Shown: one piece after another, positions 60,578 to 64,000 of the stretch
Layout of the letters: each line of letters starts with the position of its first letter
Numbering within the stretch: position 1 is the first letter of the stretch
Assembly: GCF_964213995.1 (NCBI RefSeq)
Contig: NC_135830.1
Coordinates: 4,774,001-4,838,000 of the forward strand
DNA: 64,000 bases
Direction of reading: 5' to 3'
Source: Mustelus asterias
Taxonomy: Eukaryota
Position numbers and translations under genes: made by a program
The notes under the pieces: model-generated
The model's input: the letters and a program-made list of their open reading frames with translations, nothing else
Databases searched by the model: none
Told to the model about the DNA's origin: nothing

Positions 60578-63500
60578 TTAGAACATAGAACATAGAACAT
60601 TACAGCGCAGTACAGGCTCTTCGGCCCTCGATGTTGCGCCGACCAGTGGAACCAACCTAAACCCTTTCTAATCTACACGCTTCCAATATAATTTGCCACT
60701 CAAGTGGATAGAGCAGTGAAGAATGCCTATAGTGTGTTAGCTTTTATTAACAGGGGGTTGGAGTTTAAGAGCCGTGGGGTTATGCTGCAACTGTACAGGA
60801 CCTTGGTGAGGCCACATTTGGAATATTGTGTGCAGTTCTGGTCACCTCACTATAAGAAGGATGTGGAAGCGCTGGAAAGAGTGCAGAGGAGATTTACCAG
60901 GATGCTGCCTGGTTTGGAGGGTAGGTCTTATGAGGAAAGGTTGAGGGAGCTAGGGCTGTTCTCTCTGGAGCGGAGGAGGCTGAGGGGAGACTTAATAGAG
61001 GTTTATAAAATGATGAAGGGGATAGATAGAGTGAACGTTCAAAGACTATTTCCTCGGGTGGATGGAGCTATTACAAGGGGGCATAACTATACGGTTCATG
61101 GTGGGAGATATAGGAAGGATATCAGAGGTAGGTGTTTTACGCAGAGAGTGGTTGGGGTGTGGAATGGACTGCCTGCAGTGATAGTGGAGTCAGACACTTT
61201 AGGAACATTTAAGCGGTTATTGGATAGGCACATGGAGCACACCAGGATGATAGGGAGTGGGATAGCTTGATCTTGGTTTCAGATAAAGCTCGGCACAACA
61301 TCGTGGGCCGAAGGGCCTGTTCTGTGCTGTACTGTTCTATGTTCTATGTTCCATCCATATGTTTATCCAATAACCATTTGAATGCTCTTAATGTTGACGA
61401 GTCCACTACTGCTGCAGGCAATGCATTCCACGCCCTTACTACTCTCTGAGTAAAGAACCTACCTCTGACATCTGTCCTATTTCTCTCACCCCTCAATTTA
61501 AGGCTATGTCCTCTCTTGCTAGCCAACACCATCCGAGGAAAAAGGCTCTCACTATCCACCCTATCTAACCCTCTGATCATCTTGTATGCCTCTATTAAGT
61601 CACCTTTTAACCTTCTTCTCTCTAACGAAAACAACCTCAAGCCCCTCAGCCTTTCTTCATACGATTTTCCCTCCATACCAGGCAACATCCTGGTAAATCT
61701 CCTCTGCACCCTTTCCAACACTTCCACATCTTTCCTACAATATGGCAACCAGAACTGTATGCAATACTCCAAATGCGGCTGCACCAAAGTTTTGTACAGT
61801 TGCAGCATGACCTCCTGGCTCCGAAACTCAATCCCTCTACCAATAAAAGCTAACACACCATACACCTTCTTAACAACCCTATCAACCTGGGTGCCAACTT
61901 TCAGGGATCTATGCACATGGACACCCAGATCTCTCTGTTCATCCACACTACCAAGTATCTTACCATTATCCCAGTACTCTGTATTCCTGTTACTTCTTCC
62001 AAAGTGAATCACCTCACACTTTTCCGCATTAAACTCCATTTGCCACCTCTCAGCCCAGCCCTGCAGCTTATCTATGCCCCTCTGTACCTTGCCACTTCCC
62101 TCCGCACTGTCTACAACTCCACCGACTTTAGTGTCATCCGCAAATTTACTAATCCATCCTTCAACGCCCTCATCCAGGTCATTAATAAAAATGACAAACA
62201 GCAGTGGCCCCAAAACAGATTCTTGCGGTACACCACGAGTATCTGAACTCCAGGATGAAAATTTCCCATCAACCACCACCCTCTGTTTTCTTACAGCAAG
62301 CCAATTCCGGATCCAAACCACTAAATCACCCTCAATCCCATGTGCCCGTAGTTTCTGCAATAGCTTAACGTGGGGAACCTTCTCAAACGCTTTGCTGAAA
62401 TCCATATACACCACATCAACCGCTTTACCGTCATCTACCTCTTTGGTCACCTTCTCAAAGAACTGAACAAGGTTTGTGAGGCACGACCTACCTTTCACAA
62501 AACCAAAATCAAATTATTCCTTTCCAGGTCATTATAAATCCTTTCTCTTGTAATCCTTTCCAATACTTTCCCCACAACAGAAGTAAGGCTCACCGGTCTA
62601 TAATTACCAGGGTTGTCCCTACTCCCCTTCTTGAACAAGGGGACAACATTTGGTATCCTCCAGTCTTCTGGAACTGTTCCTGGAGACAACGATGATGCAA
62701 AGATCAAAGCCAAAGGCTCTGCAATCTCCTTTCTAGCATCACAGAGAATCCGAGAATAAATCTTATCCGGCCCAGGGGACTTATCTATTTTTACCCTTTC
62801 CAGAATTGCTAACACCTCCTCCTTATGAACATCAATCCCATCAGTCCAACAGCCTGCATCTCAGTACTCCCCTCGACAACACTGTCCCTCTCCAGTGTGA
62901 ATACCGACGAAAAATATTCATTTAGTGCCTCTCCTATCTCTTCAGACTCCACGCACAACTTCCCACTACTGTCCTTGACTGGCCCTAATCTTACCCTCGT
63001 CATTCTTTTACTCCTGACATACCTATAGAAAGCTTTAGGGTTTTCCTTGATCCTACCTGCCAAGGACTTCTCATGTCCCCTCCTGGCTCTTCCTAACTCT
63101 TCCTGTAGGTCCTTCCTGGCTAACCTGTAACTCTCAAGTGCCCTAACTGAGCCTTCACGTCTCATCTGAACATAAGTCTCCTTCTTCCTCTTCACAAGAG
63201 ATTCAACCACCTTAGGAAACCACGGTTCCCTCACACGTCTGCTTCCTCCCTGCCTTACAGGGACATATTTATCAAGGACGTGTAGTAGCTGTTCCTTGAA
63301 CAAGTGCCACATGACAATTGTGCCCATCCCCTGCAGTTTCCTTCCCCAACCTATGCCAGCTAAATCTCGCCTCATCGCATCACAATTTCCTTTCCTCCTG
63401 CTCTAACTCTTGCCCTTTCCTTTTCCATTGCTAAGGTAAACGTAATCGAATTGTGTTTACTGTCACCAAAGTGCTCACTTACCTCCAAATCTAACACCTG

Positions 63501-63740
63501 GCCTGGTTCATTACCCAGTACCAAATCCAATGTGGCCTCGCCTCTTATTGGTCTATCTACATACTGCGTCAGGAAGCCTTCCTGCACACATTGGACAAAA
63601 ACCGACCCCTCTAAAGTATTCGAACAATAGCTTTTCCAGTCAATATTTGTAAAGTTAAAGTCCCCCAGTACAACAACCTGTTACTTTCGCTCCGATCCAG
63701 AATCATCTTTGCAATCTTTTCCTCTACATCACTTGGTACA
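60578..63740 (-). mobile_element. CR1 LINE ORF2 (frameshifted), split near its 3' end by a second CR1
   Basis: RT ORF 61344-62498 and upstream pieces; its 3' UTR and tail lie at 60578-60685. Confidence 0.92.
60690..61350 (+). mobile_element. CR1 3' fragment inserted antisense into another CR1
   Basis: ORF 60704-61270 (RT C-terminus), tail ttctatgttctatg; ttcca on both flanks. Confidence 0.9.
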
Positions 63741-64000
63741 TCATTTCTTGCTTTCCTCCAGACTTCAATATCTTTAATCCCGGCAAAGCAACTGAAATAA
63801 TCATCCCGAACAATGGTGACAATATGAAGAAAACTGACTGCATGCACGAAGATGGATCCAAATATCCATTGAACTGCCACTTTGCATAAACGGAGAGCCC
63901 TGCTCGAAATCAAGTTATAAAAGGAACAAGGAACAAAATGTCTGTTCGTTTGTGGGATATGATTTGTCCTCACCCCATTGAGTCTTTGGATGTATGGACT

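Overview
Eukaryotic, repeat-rich, largely non-coding DNA from a cartilaginous fish (shark). HE1-type V-SINEs, shark-style CR1 LINEs and a two-exon GPR139/142-like GPCR family point to this; the species cannot be determined from the window. From left to right: (1) about 0-21 kb, a birth-and-death cluster of about 20 tRNA genes and relics (Glu, Leu, Gln, Val, Asn, Ile-TAT, Pro) set in reshuffled flanking modules and interrupted by a decayed hAT transposon carrying a nested piggyBac-type MITE. (2) 22.8-29 kb, three disabled T-cell-receptor alpha/delta-type V segments with 23-bp-spacer RSSs; one RSS is split by a SINE and one intron holds a Penelope element with minimal hammerhead ribozyme motifs. 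(3) 32.9-35.4 kb, an intact two-exon class A GPCR gene. (4) 35.8-40.6 kb, an internally deleted endogenous retrovirus (tRNA-Leu PBS) whose Env TM subunit closely resembles filovirus GP2/ASLV TM. (5) 40.6-47.2 kb, a 59-bp satellite apparently derived from a SINE segment, with a young CR1 inserted. (6) 48-51 kb, more tRNA relics. (7) A G-rich minisatellite, a paralogous GPCR pseudo-exon, a 140-N gap and nested CR1 LINEs. Most short ORFs in the track are spurious. All calls were made by eye and repeat boundaries are approximate. No wholly new system is demonstrable. The best leads are the filovirus-like ERV envelope, an intron-like insert in a tRNA-Pro relic, the TCR-V/tRNA/GPCR linkage and the SINE-born satellite.
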